Positions 12,662 through 25,130 of a DNA stretch of 64,000 bases are shown here, piece after piece. Origin of the DNA: Balanoglossus misakiensis (lineage: Eukaryota; Animalia; Hemichordata); the NCBI GenBank assembly GCA_040954595.2, contig CM082587.2, positions 1,139,500 through 1,203,499 on the forward strand, in the 5' to 3' direction. The notes beneath the pieces were generated by a model that was given only the letters and a program-made list of their open reading frames with translations, had not been told where the DNA came from and made no database searches. The translations under genes and the position numbers were made by a program. How positions within the stretch are numbered: the first letter of the stretch is position 1; every line of letters starts with the position of its first letter.

Positions 12662-15600
12662 CGCTTCTCACCCTTTCCTTGCTGTGTTTGCATATGCATA
12701 ATATTTACGTCAATAGAGCTCTCAAGCTCATAATATTCACTGAAAATAACCACCTCGGTGAATTTCTGTACCTTATGTAGAAACTGCAATGTTCAATGAT
12801 ACTGTACATTCTAACAAAAAAATAATACTCATTTTGATACACACGGAAAATTTAGAAACATATAGAATATTTTTGTAATATCTGCCTATCACTGCAGAAA
12901 TATTTCATGACTGCCATTCTAGAATTGACGAATTAAAATAACAGATATTCTGCAAAGACCATATCATACTCCAATCAGAGAGTAAACCGTTTGGTCTGTA
13001 TTTATGGCTGGAATCTAATTGAAAAGAACGTTTGATCGTTTAGTGGGGTAAAAAGCTCTCGGACATGATGAGCGAAGAGGCAGAACCATAAGTCAATTTA
13101 CCAAGGATCAAATTTTATACAAGTGAAGCCATGCGTAAAATGTCATATACACGCCTCGTGAAATCTGCAACTTCAGGTAATGTACATCAAGAACATCGAT
13201 TGTAATTCATTACAACTGACTGAGTCGTGTGGTTGCTTAGAAACTTTAAAGGGGTACGTTGAATTCGGCAGTGTTGAAATCCCTGGGCATCTATGAAGAA
13301 ATACCCTTGTACCGAGCCAGTTTATTATGTTTGCCAAATATATTGCGATGCCATGGTGTCCAAATCTGGGAGTGGTAACATCGGTTACGTATCGAACAAC
13401 CAGCAGGTCTATTGGGTACCCGGAAAAAGCTAATTCAGAACCGCTATAGATTTACATTAATATGATTTTTCTTAATAGGAACAACCGTTATATGTCAAGG
13501 ATGAAAAATGGGAGATAAATTGGCCAGTGTTTCAGTGACCACAAACCAATCAATATTGTCAAGTGATCGATTAAATATTGGAGAGAAGGGCGGGGAGAGA
13601 CAAAGAGAACCGACTCTACAGACAGACAGACAAGCGGGCAGACAGACTGACACACACACACACATTCACACCGCATGGGGGGATATACAATATGCAATCA
13701 TTTTCAGTTTATCGCACATTTCTTTCAATATGACACTTTTGTGATAAGAGATTAATGAACAAATTTTATCCTGACCCGAAACATAAATAGTTAAATAAAT
13801 AATATGTCTGCAGGTCCGAAGGTGAATCATCCAAAAGTGGACCGCGCGACGCGCATCCTTGACCTTGACGGTTCGTTCTAATTTCTTCTAACCCCGACAT
13901 GCGTGCAATGTCAAGGGCAATGAGGGCTATTTATAATACTAGTATTGACGCAGTACACACTTTTGTACCTTCCCAGCCACAGCAATAATTTTCCATGCAT
14001 CCATCATGCAGCCGCCATATATATACATGTACATGTACTATAGTACATTCGAAATATAACTTTTGTGTAGTGACATTTCAAAACAGAGTAAAGATTCACA
14101 TTACGTTTCATTGTTTGGTTTGACGGCATATTCCTGCGAAAAAAACGTGAACGTCATGTAAAGCAAGCTCATGCAGCGGATTTTTATATATTGGAAAAAC
14201 TGCCACAGGAGACGGATTCCAAATATCACTCAAGCTCTGCCAATCTCAAGAAGCGCCATTTCACCTTTATTTGACTTCCCGGCTCTACTCACACGGCGTC
14301 GTGCAGTTGAATGCTTGCACGTGCTATAACCATACGTGTATCCCCTCAGCAGCCTTTGAGACTGCCACAAGTCGATCTTCACATGCACTCACAGAAATCA
14401 GCATCACGTGCCTTGGCATGTGCATACATTGAGATCAGACGTCTAAGAGCGACCTCACAGTTCATTTTTGAAAGAATGGGATACTTTGACGCACTGCATT
14501 GCGCTCTTCTTCGAAATTCATAAGCACAGTCGGAAATCATATTTTTTCTCAATTTACATCATTTGACACGTATGACAGCTATCCAGTTTTGCGTCCAGGC
14601 ACTCAACAAACAATGCCGCGTATCTCAAAATCTGTGGGAATAACATAAATGGATCCCCAATCAATGTTTTCACCCTCACGTACCTTTTCGCATGCGCAGT
14701 TCGAAAGACACATTTTCAGACACGTGAATAGGCAGTCACGACAATTCATGTCCTTCTAAATGTCATAGAATTCAGACAGACGTTTCCGCTGATGTCATAG
14801 ATACGTCAAGATTTTTCGTTTTTACAATATATGTATCATTCGCACTCTTTCTAAAGCTTATCTTGGTCGTTCTCTCCGTCTCTCTCTCATCCCCTCATCT
14901 CTCTGTCTTGATCATTTGCGTATTCCCCTCACTGTAACTATGACTGTCTTCTGTCCGTCTCTTCCTCTCTCTCTCGACTCCCCATCTCGTCTTCCCTTCC
15001 TATGCGTATTATTGTATTTCTTTCTATCAATCAGCATTGGCTAATCTGTGTACAGTGGTCACCTGTTGTCTATGGCCATTTTGTTACAGACTGACATGGG
15101 GACCCTATCAATTTGCTTGCACGGTACGACAGGATAAGGTCCATGTTAAAAACGCTATCCACTCAGATATGACACGAGGTACACGATATTCTTGGATCGT
15201 GCGTGGGAACAAGTAGCAACATCTTTTGCCCCGGGGCTGTGTACAGCTTTTGTTGCTGGTCTGTTTTGCTGCAAGGCACGTAGTAGACTAAGTATATGAA
15301 ATGTTGCTGGCTGGAATATAACAAGGCTGTGCCTGCTGGCTTCGAGAATGAATATTGACGATAATTCTTGCAAGGGATTGTTTCAAACGCAGACGCCCTA
15401 CTGCCTATACTTTATTAAAACGGGTAATAATTCTAATGCGGATGGACACGAAATGATTAAAATGAACCCCAAAATGGTAAAAAGGTCGCATACGTGCAAA
15501 TCGGGACAAAACCAAAGTAAGACGATCGTGTCAGACATGGGGACAGACAAGAATAAACGCCGCTTGCAATGGGTTTTTAAATATTACGTCCTCAAAATGT

Positions 15601-15772
15601 CGATTTGGCTCTGTCCACCCCTGACAGGAAGAATTTCAGACGCACGGAGCAGGCAGTGCCGGCAATCATTCGAGTGTCTATGGTTATTTTTCAATCTTGA
15701 CGAAACGCAGCATTCGGGAAAAGTATCCCGAGGTCGGTCTGTCGCGTGACGTTCCCTCAAGGTGTATCGCCC

Positions 15773-15788
15773 AGGTCAAAGGAGGTCA
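15773..15788 (+). promoter_or_regulatory. Perfect DR4 element (TR/LXR-RXR type)
   Basis: AGGTCA-aagg-AGGTCA, between RXR exons 1b and 1a. Confidence 0.5.
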
Positions 15789-16431
15789 CGGCGGAACGAC
15801 GACAGGTGAAACGCGATATGGCAAGGCATGCATAGAGTTGAGATGAAGTTGCCGTGGAAACGGTACTAACTCTGCTTGGGAACTCTGCCGGGAAACACCA
15901 TGATGGAAACAAGTGGGTACAGAGAATGGCCCTCCCTCTATCCGGATTTATCTATCATACGCCAGTGATGACGCCGACCCCTTAACTTCATTGGGGGAGG
16001 GGTTGAGGAGTAGTGTATGAGTAACCCCAGTAATTTGGCATTTTTCAGAAACCTCTCTTCGGCTTGACTGCCGAGTCCTCCTACCCCCAAAACGTGACTC
16101 TGAAGACAGGATAAACCAATCCTTTGCAAGGAAATATTCAATGACATCATAATTTATCGATCAAACTTCGTATATTGTATCTGATTTCCCCGTCAACATT
16201 TATTGAAATACCAATATCATATATTTTAAATCGTTAATGCAAGGGATTCTACCAGCCACTGTAACATCATCCGATCTCTCGAGGCGGACACGAATTATGA
16301 CTTCTTAACGAGACTGGCAAATGAAACAGTAGATAGGGAATATACTACACTATACATGATACTATAAGCACTTAAAAAAGTGCAATTCAACCTGCGTCAG
16401 AATTCGCAGTATTAGGTAACAGTAACCGCCA

Positions 16432-16490
16432 GATGGATGGATGGATGGATGGATGGATGGATGGATGGGTAGGTGGGTGGATGGATGGAT
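16432..16490. repeat. (GGAT)n microsatellite
   Basis: Read directly; partly interrupted by GGGT/AGGT units. Confidence 0.95.
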
Positions 16491-17109
16491 CGAAGGATGA
16501 GTGGATATATCCACGCTGTTAGAAACAGGCATGGGTACCCATATGCTGGGCTGTTCTGTGTGTGTCTAAGGTCCATCGACAGCACATCTGCTGGTTTCAC
16601 GGGGGGAAATTCGCAACATGGTGCATTTTGATGATATTTCCGACAGGGTGGTGAGATGTTTAATCCGACTAGATTTATAGATGGAAATGTCGGGGGGAAA
16701 TGGAAAAGGTAAACTCATAAAAAATAAATGCCATTCCAAACTGCTTTTGATGAAATGTGGTAGGCGGTGAAATTGCTGCGCCCGGGAATACGCAACTGTT
16801 GTCTCGGCAGCTGTTGACATTTAGACACAAACATTTCCATGGAATTAAACCACAAGATAATTTTCCTACAAAAACTAGAAGTCCCGTGAATTCGTTGAAC
16901 AACTTTCTCTCACAATTCAACGACATGGGGCCGTGTGCTCTTACTGAAGCTCTGTACCCATCAGTTGGCATGCTCTCATATACGTGTACATGTAATGTAG
17001 TCGTTGTTTCTCGCAGCAAAAAATGTTTCGCATGAAAAGAGGAAATCGGAGAGTGGGTCTAGTTTTGATGTGCAATACAACAAGACCAGGAATTGTCCGC
17101 TGAACTTAC

Positions 17110-17182
17110 CGTATTTGTTGTAAACACAAGCGGGTAAGTCGCGACGAAATCGCCCCACATCACCCGGGAAATATCCGTACAT
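17110..17182 (-). CDS. RXR: Candidate alternative first coding exon (1b) of RXR: MYGYFPGDVGRFRRDLPACVYNKY
   Basis: ATG with A at -3 (taaccATG), 24 codons plus G, then a strong donor G|gtaagt. The phase-1 end matches the acceptor at 8661. Confidence 0.55.
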
Positions 17183-18878
17183 GGTTAACTCTCGCCCTGG
17201 TGACACACGACAGACGAAGGATCACAAAGCCCGTGCTTGTGGAGAATGTACCGTCACTGCAGACTCTGCAGACATACCTCGGTGTTATTAATGACGAAAA
17301 GAAAGTGATACCAGGTTGAAATTATCGAGTTGTTAGTTGTGCAGATAAACAGGGACACTGACGATAAACGCCAGCGAAATATAATATCCCAGGTATCTGC
17401 ATTTACGTCAACTTTTATAATGGCTCGGACTCTAGGGGTTCTGTGCGACGCCAACGTTCAACGTGTATCGCGTATCACAGCACAGCGTATTACCTGTCTA
17501 CCATGCTGGGTTTGTTGAATTACAACAACAAAAAATATGTAAGAAATAGAACGCACTTCCCTAAAACGCAGGAAATCAGACGCGCGCACGCATGCATTTA
17601 TGAATGATTGTGGTTTCCCCCATTTACGCAGTGACGCATCCAGGAGCACTTACAAGAAAATCAAAAAGGCACTGTGACTATAGAGTCGGCTTGATTATCT
17701 TTTCCAAGGGACCCACGGAATGTTCAATATTGTAGAAAACAACAGATCAGCAAAAAATTTTTTCGACCAATTGATAAATTTCACAAACTTCATAAAACTT
17801 CATAGATAGATAGAAAGATAGTGAATGCTTCGACCGTCTGTCTCAATGCGAAAGACACACGTGTACTGACGATATACCTAGGAAAAGTCAACACCTTACC
17901 CAAAGGGGGCGCTGCGAGGGTAACGGTGAAGTTGAGATCTTTTCCCATCTTTTCCTGAACAATTTCCAACGCTAGTGGCGCTGAGCATGTCACGTTGGCA
18001 GTGCGCATTGCAGCGAAAGTAGTGTGCAGCAACGCCGATCCACCAGACAATTGTAAACATATTTTTTAATATACGTACATGTATCCAAATCCATTTTGAT
18101 AAAGAGACTGCAGGGGAATTCTCTCTCTCACCGACTACCTGACTTGCTGTTCACGTGCGACCCACGCGACTTTTCTCTGTTCATTGCTTTATTTTTTTCC
18201 AAAAAGTAATCTTCTGAGCCTCCATCACAGTGATTTCATTAGTGTTCTCGACGGAAGCACTTGTACGAATTCTGTATTAAAAGTTGCCAAGGCCTACCAT
18301 TTTATGTTTGGTCAAAATCGTAATTTTTTGTGCCTAATTCGAAGTTCCATCTGACTGGTCATAAAAGACTGTCCTCTGCAGGTAAAGAACCACTTGCTTC
18401 TCTAAGCAACGGTTCTTTATTGAAGCACGACTTCACAAAACAAGACCGCTACGGGGCATGATCTGGGATCGGGCCTTCGACACAAGGGACAGTCTAACCA
18501 ATTTTACGTGACAAACACATCCCTAGATTCCACTATTAACTCCCGCAAGTCTTTTATGACTTGGATTAAATTAATTCCCCGCCCTGCCCAGTAACTTTTT
18601 ACAACTTTATAAAGAAAACAATGAGATCGTAACGCTGGCAGACACTGTATAATTATCTCGAATTTCTTCTCCATTCTCCCGTTCTGTCGTTTGGACAGAT
18701 TTAACGGCGGCTCGTCCTCTCTCCTGCGCGTTGCTGTCATGTCTCGACTCGTTTGATTTTAATCTCTGATTTTACGGTTACGAGCTTTTACAGCAATTTC
18801 TGGAATTATGAAATATCCCTAACATGGGACTGACGGGCAGATATTGATACAATCGCAACATGAGCCGCCATTGGAAAC

Positions 18879-18988
<110 letters not shown>

Positions 18989-21900
18989 ATTTTGCTTCTG
19001 ATACCCTTTGCACACAACGGATAATACATGCCATCCAATGTATACATTTTCAGATTATATTATCATTTAAGAATTGTAGCACTGTCAGATTGAGAGACTA
19101 GCCCGCAAATCGCAGTTGGGGGGATGACGTCACTCTCTCGCCCATAAAACCAATGACATGTCCAGGACACGACTATCTGTATGAATGCCCGTCGCGGTGA
19201 ACTATGGGAAAATAATCACAGAGACACAAGGTGGGAATGGATCCTTACAAAGTGAGAAGCGGTCTGTCTATTCTTCGTGGCAATTGATTTTTAACACAGT
19301 GATTGATTTTTCTATAAAACTGCGAAGATTCCGCTGGGGACTTGAATCGGTGGTTTGAATGCGACGGTCGTAAAACTGAAGAGCGGTCGAAAATTCGCGA
19401 ACATGATTGCCCCTGGCCACCAAGCCCTCTATCTTGTTGGAAACATATTCATGTGGTACAAAATACTTCAAACTTCACTTTCTTGAAATTTTGTGTTAGT
19501 GTGTCGTATCTTAATTAGTTTAAAACGACAAACGGAAGATATTAATTATGCGGTGATAAAAAGGAAAAACTCGTGAAGATGAATTCAATATTGCATTGTT
19601 TCTTGAGAACCTCTGGAAAATGCATTCGCTGCATGTCATACTCAGAAATCTTAAGAAACTTGAAACCCAGACTGGACACAGGGAGAATCAAAATCTGAAA
19701 TTTGACTGAGATGACAAAGAACTTATAAGGAAGATGATCTTCCTCGTTTAGAGAAGAGATTGACGAAGAATATTACTTGCAGGTAACACGCAACGCCACC
19801 TTTAAGTGTGCCGTTCTGACCGCCGGACAATGAAAGGATCATTAGCATGATTTGTAACTTTAGCTGAAATGTGCCCCTCCCATCTGAAAAAGATGCCAGC
19901 TCCGGAACAAAAGACGTTTACCTAAATTTGCAAACAGGGAATCAGTTGGCCTTTGATATGTTGCGTCACTGTAATTAGCAATGCAACGGAGTCGGGTATA
20001 AATGGAGATTATAGGATACTTCGGATTCAGTGTGTCAATAGATTCGTCTCTATCCCACCGCAAACAGCAGTCCACCGGCGTGCCTCTACCGTGTAAAGAA
20101 TACTCTTGATGTTGTCGTGGATGGAGCAAAGTCTTGCGGGTGGGAAGAAGTTACAGCCGACTGGGAGAACGATGCACTGTGTTTGAAGGTGAGTGGTCAA
20201 ACGGGCAGTGAACTCAATTGATTGCGCGAGGTCGTCACGGGGGCCGAAGCAGACTCACTGACCGATACCAACACCACTAAGTGCTGCCTCCACTGGTCAA
20301 CTCCACCCTTTTCACTGTCTAGGATAAACTGGATTCTATGTTTGAACAGGAAGTATTATATCATTATAATAACAGATATTTTGGAGGCACTACTTTAAAG
20401 AAAAATGATGTAATTTGTTCAGAGTTACACTTCAGGTAATCTAACGTGCAGCCGATTCGGTCATTCGAGATTATGGGTCAGTTCAAAGCCCAGGTCCGAG
20501 GTTAAAAATACGCTTAAACCGCAAACAAGGACGGACAAGGCGACTTAGGTGTAACAAGTTGAATATAACATCGATCGGGCTCTGTCGTCAAAATTCCGCG
20601 GTCAGTTTTAAATGTCAAAGTTAAGGGAATGTTTGTTTGAAATATGTAAAACATGTAATCTCTGCCTGTCCTGTAGGGCCTACCGTGAGCGTCTGTCCTT
20701 CGTGGGAAAATCAGGGAGAAAATGCAATTCATTGTTATGCAGGGGGTCATTCACTTGAAAGGGACTCTAACTTGGTATATTAACTGACTGTAGTGAAAAC
20801 AATGTCCCAGCTACGACAATAATATTCTTACATCATCACTGGTGTGTCTTTTTAGTTTAAATTAGTGGGGGAAAGATCGCCGTTCGTTTGGGCTCGAGGC
20901 GAAACAAGCGACATTTACAAAGCCTTTCGACTTGCCGTCTTGAGGTACCCGGATTTAAAACGGGATTGGTTCATTCAATCTTTGAAGACGAATCCAATGC
21001 CAACTCAATCGACGTGACCACCTGTTGACTTATAAAGGGCTTAAAACATAGGTTCTGAAATAACCATAAGATGCATGGTAATATTTTTTAATATGGGATT
21101 TCATCAAAATATGTAATTAGTATAAAAATGAATAGATATAAAGATTTGGTTTCTAATATCTCGGACAAGTAGGATAATTCATTATCTTTGTATTTTTGGC
21201 CGATGGAATGTTTAGAGCTGAATAAAGAGAGGGGGTTTCAAAATTCGGTCTGAGCTGAATGGAAATTTTAACCATGCAGGATTTGGTGTATATCTTTTCT
21301 AATATTAAACTTGCCTAATTTTGACAAAAATCGTGTCCTGTCATGTCAGGTTTTAACGAGAATTTCGAAGTAAGATGAATCCAAGTTTTACAACTCATGA
21401 TAATTTCGCCGTAAAATTACAAGCATTCCAGCTTTTGCGAACTTTAATATCTATTGAATTTTCGATCGGCAGCTTTAGGACCAGGCGACTGGTAGTTAAA
21501 ATTGATGTACAGGCTATTGTTATTGTTTGATTACTAGACATTTTACGATGTTCTTTCAGCAATTATACTTCTTTGCGGCATCTTAGTTTAATTATCTATC
21601 TGGGACTTGTCAGAGAGGTGATAAACGCTCCGGCGAGAGTAAGACAAAACATTTGCGTAATTTGTGTTGGATTCGTTTCAAAAACACATAAAATGCAGAT
21701 AATACATTTAGCAGTTTGAATTTTCCACGCTCTCCAAAAGTCATGGGTTGGGGAAACATTTTCTTACATTATTGGCGATGATAAACAACACCGTTGTCGC
21801 TCCCCGGCCCTTAAACAAACAAACTTATTCCACACAAAAATTAAACGTGACAGAAAGAATTGAAAATATCGACATTGCTTGAATTATTCTTACGGTAATT

Positions 21901-22251
21901 TATCGCTGCTATTTAATATTATCGTTATTTTTTGTTTCGTCGACAGGTTTATGGTACTTCGCTGCTGGTGATTAATTTTTCAAAAAATCGGTTGATCTAC
22001 ATTGGGTGAACCATCGTCGGCATGCCCATTGACAAGACGAGGGGTCATAAATACGAAACCTTTCTGCTCGAAGACATAAATGGCGTGTCACTGTTACGCA
22101 ACTCCGGGTCGTAAAGTCATTGTGCTCAAAAGTATGAATACTTGGGACATGTTTGACCGTCTCCATTGACGAGCTGGCTGCCGAGGGAGTGTCTTGCATT
22201 GTGGTGGGCACTGAATACCTCATCGCTTAGCGGCACGACGGATATGGATTC

Positions 22252-22932
22252 TTGGTGGCAAGCTTTGATTGTCCAAACGCAATTCTTGTGTCTCCGAGAG
22301 TCTCTTAACAAGAACTGAGTCTGGACATCACAAGTTGTCATCAGCGAGCGACAATCACAACTCTCACTGGTTTCTTCTTTAACCCCTTTGCGCACATCTG
22401 TGGACCTACTCAGCTGGTTTATCACACAGTTTTTCGCTTGTGTGAATGGGCCGATCCACAATGTGGAATGGCTTGATATCTCAGTCTCACCTGTCTGTAA
22501 TAAGATCTATTAATTATTCCGTTTGTATTCTATCTGTCTGTCTATCTGCCTATACCCTCTCTCACTCCTTCTCCTCTTTCAATAGCAGAATCACTGCTAA
22601 GTTCTCTTCATACCACGAAAGCCACTTACATGTATTTCGGCTTGTCACCCGGCATATACGTTTCACTCACGTTTTCTTTTTTGCGAAAATCTCCATAAAG
22701 TCGCAAATGCAAATCCATGGATGTGCCAAAAACGACATGCGTGAGGAGGAAATTTGTGTAAAAGTTTCGCACTCGGAAGTTCACTGTCGTGCAGAGATGG
22801 GAACCTAGCTGGCAACCGTGCGCCTCTGATTTTTTGGTGGCAAGTTTTGATTGTCCAAACGCAATTCTTGTGTCTATCCAAGCATGAACAAGAACGGAGT
22901 ATGGACATCATAAGTTGTCATCAGCGAACGAC
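22252..22932 (+). repeat. Dispersed direct repeat of about 100 bp (22252-22352 and 22834-22932)
   Basis: ttggtggcaag(c/t)tttgattgtccaaacgcaattcttgtgtct...aacaagaac(t/g)gagt(c/a)tggacatca(c/t)aagttgtcatcagcga occurs twice. Confidence 0.85.
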
Positions 22933-23472
22933 GACGGCAGCTGTTGAAGCCATCTGTGGAAGATTCAAATCATGTGACCAAAAGCGGGTCAGCTCGTCAC
23001 AACGGTCGCGCTCTGACATTGTACATGTAGTACAATGTCATACCAACATTTCCCTTTTCCCAACTGAATCAGACACGTTTGTTAAGTCACTTTTAAGAAA
23101 GTGCGTCGAGGGACAGTGATGCAGACAAAGGCAAAAATGTTGAACTGTCTCGTGCTGTTGTTTCATTTAACTACCAGAAGTATTGCGACAATAAAGTAAA
23201 TGAATCAAAAGATGTACGAGTCTGCTTGGGTTGAATTCTTTCTGATTACACGTACATGACGGAAGGTGTCTCCTTGCATGCACAAAACAGACATTCTTAT
23301 CTTGCTAATAATTTGATTTCAAGGTAAATGTTTTTCAGCTTGATCAGGCATCTTTCAAGGCGAATCGCATACCGACCCATAAGAGTACAAAGTGTGTACA
23401 CGCCTTATCTTTCCATGACCACTTTCAGCCTCAACAAAGGACAGATGTTTTTCCAAAAATGCCAGGATGTAG

Positions 23473-23489
23473 AGGTCATACAGAGGTCA
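23473..23489 (+). promoter_or_regulatory. Perfect DR5 element (RARE type)
   Basis: AGGTCA-tacag-AGGTCA, just downstream of the URM1 stop and upstream of RXR. Confidence 0.45.
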
Positions 23490-23877
23490 TGAAAATGGCC
23501 CATCAGGGTTTTCCCTAGGGACCAATTACATCCCTGCTATAATCCCTGCCTTAGAGTGCAATGTCACCCAGGCATCAATGGGAACTTTTTTGCTTAATTG
23601 AACACAGTAGGGTTGTTTCCGGTAGCACTTGAACTCGATCTATTCAATACTTGAACAATACTGAATTCCCTTCTATATGTACTGGTAATCACTAAGTTAT
23701 CAGTTTCATTGTCACACTTAAATATTACTTGTGTAAAACACTGCCTCCGGATTGAAGTTGTGCACACTGTGGTCTGGACTGAATTTTCTGACAACTATTG
23801 CCCATATTTGGAAAAGAGAAACTTATAGCAGTATATTACATATATTTACATAAATTATCATATACAATTGAATCTTC

Positions 23878-25130
23878 TCAGCCTCCGTGTAATGTAGAGA
23901 TGAATACTATTGTATCATTTTCCTCAACTTCATAGTCCAGTTCACCCTTAAAAAGAAGAAAAAAAGACAGAAATAATACAAACTCATATACAGGCTAGGT
24001 TGTTTTATTGAAAATCTTAGAGACCCTATAACTTTAAGGTAAACTTAAAATTAATGTGATTATACCACCAGGTGATATTAATAGGGTTAATGATTTCCAC
24101 AACTGGAAATGATAACATCTGCATAAAATTAACAGGAGTGAAACAAAAGTGATGAATGTTTAAGCAACTTACCAGTAACTCCCAATCCGCATCATTTATT
24201 AGAACAAGAATACCAGGCCGTCTATCATAGAAGAAATGTGAAAATTTGGTCAGAAAACAGCACAAAATATGAGTATTTACTTTTTGTCAAATTTTGTCAG
24301 TTGAGTCAACTTCAGTGCTAGAGTACTTACACTGTGTCACCTTGTATAAACAGTTCTGGTCTTTCTTTTAATAAATTTTCTTTAATCCAAATGAGCAATT
24401 TCTTTATTGTCCCTGTTGATTGAGAAAACGATATGATCATAAAAATTCCAACTTACTGTTTACTTCTGATGAGGTCACGTTTTTTATCTCAACTATGTCA
24501 CTTAGGTGACCCTGGGTTCAGAGTTCAAAGGTTAATGGGCACAGTATGTATTGTCAGGATATGTCACACTGATATTACTTTTACTCTGGATTTTACTTTT
24601 GTTACTGACTTTTCTAATATGAATATTTGACTTACATGGGCAATTTGACTTGTCTAAAGTTATTCTGTGTTTCTTCACTTTATCAAATAATAATTCTGCA
24701 CCACCACTAAAATACAAACATAAAACAGTTAATTATGTCACAAATTGACATGATACCGGTAATAGTTTGTGAAGAAATCGTTGTGTTCTAGCTGAATGAC
24801 GGGCGACACCTTTGTTCATGATATAATCACATGGTTGATCACACAGACCCTCCGTGAAGCCCCCCCTGCTTTACAGTTGGAGGGCCCAGCGTGACTATTA
24901 CTAGTAAACCTAGTCTATTGTTATAGGTGTACCTCACCATGTATCGATGAGTAAATCTCAGGACATTGCGCATGTTTCATGTATATGGGCAAGGGGCCCG
25001 TGTTGTTGAGTTGCTTATCGTATAGCTTCAACTCGGTTGTTATGTGAAATTTAAATGACGCCCCAAAACGGACGTTGACTGACCTGAACTCCAGGGAAAC
25101 TGCCATGCCGTTTTCTGTGGAGGCTGCCAT
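23878..25130 (-). CDS. URM1: Ubiquitin-related modifier 1, 105 aa, 5 exons: 25084-25130, 24636-24706, 24331-24412, 24173-24221, 23878-23946
   Basis: Spliced product ...[17 protein letters not shown]...[66 protein letters not shown], with hallmark URM1 motifs and a C-terminal diglycine. All introns are GT-AG and in phase. Confidence 0.97.

Noticed and set aside
22007-22009. In-frame TGA as a selenocysteine codon
   Set aside because: No selenoprotein motif, further TAA/TGA stops follow, and no SECIS was recognised.
23802-23816. 15-mer CCATATTTGGAAAAG identical to the IER promoter CArG (31336-31350)
   Set aside because: It lies in the URM1 3'UTR with no supporting CRE/ETS cluster; an AT-rich match that may be coincidence.
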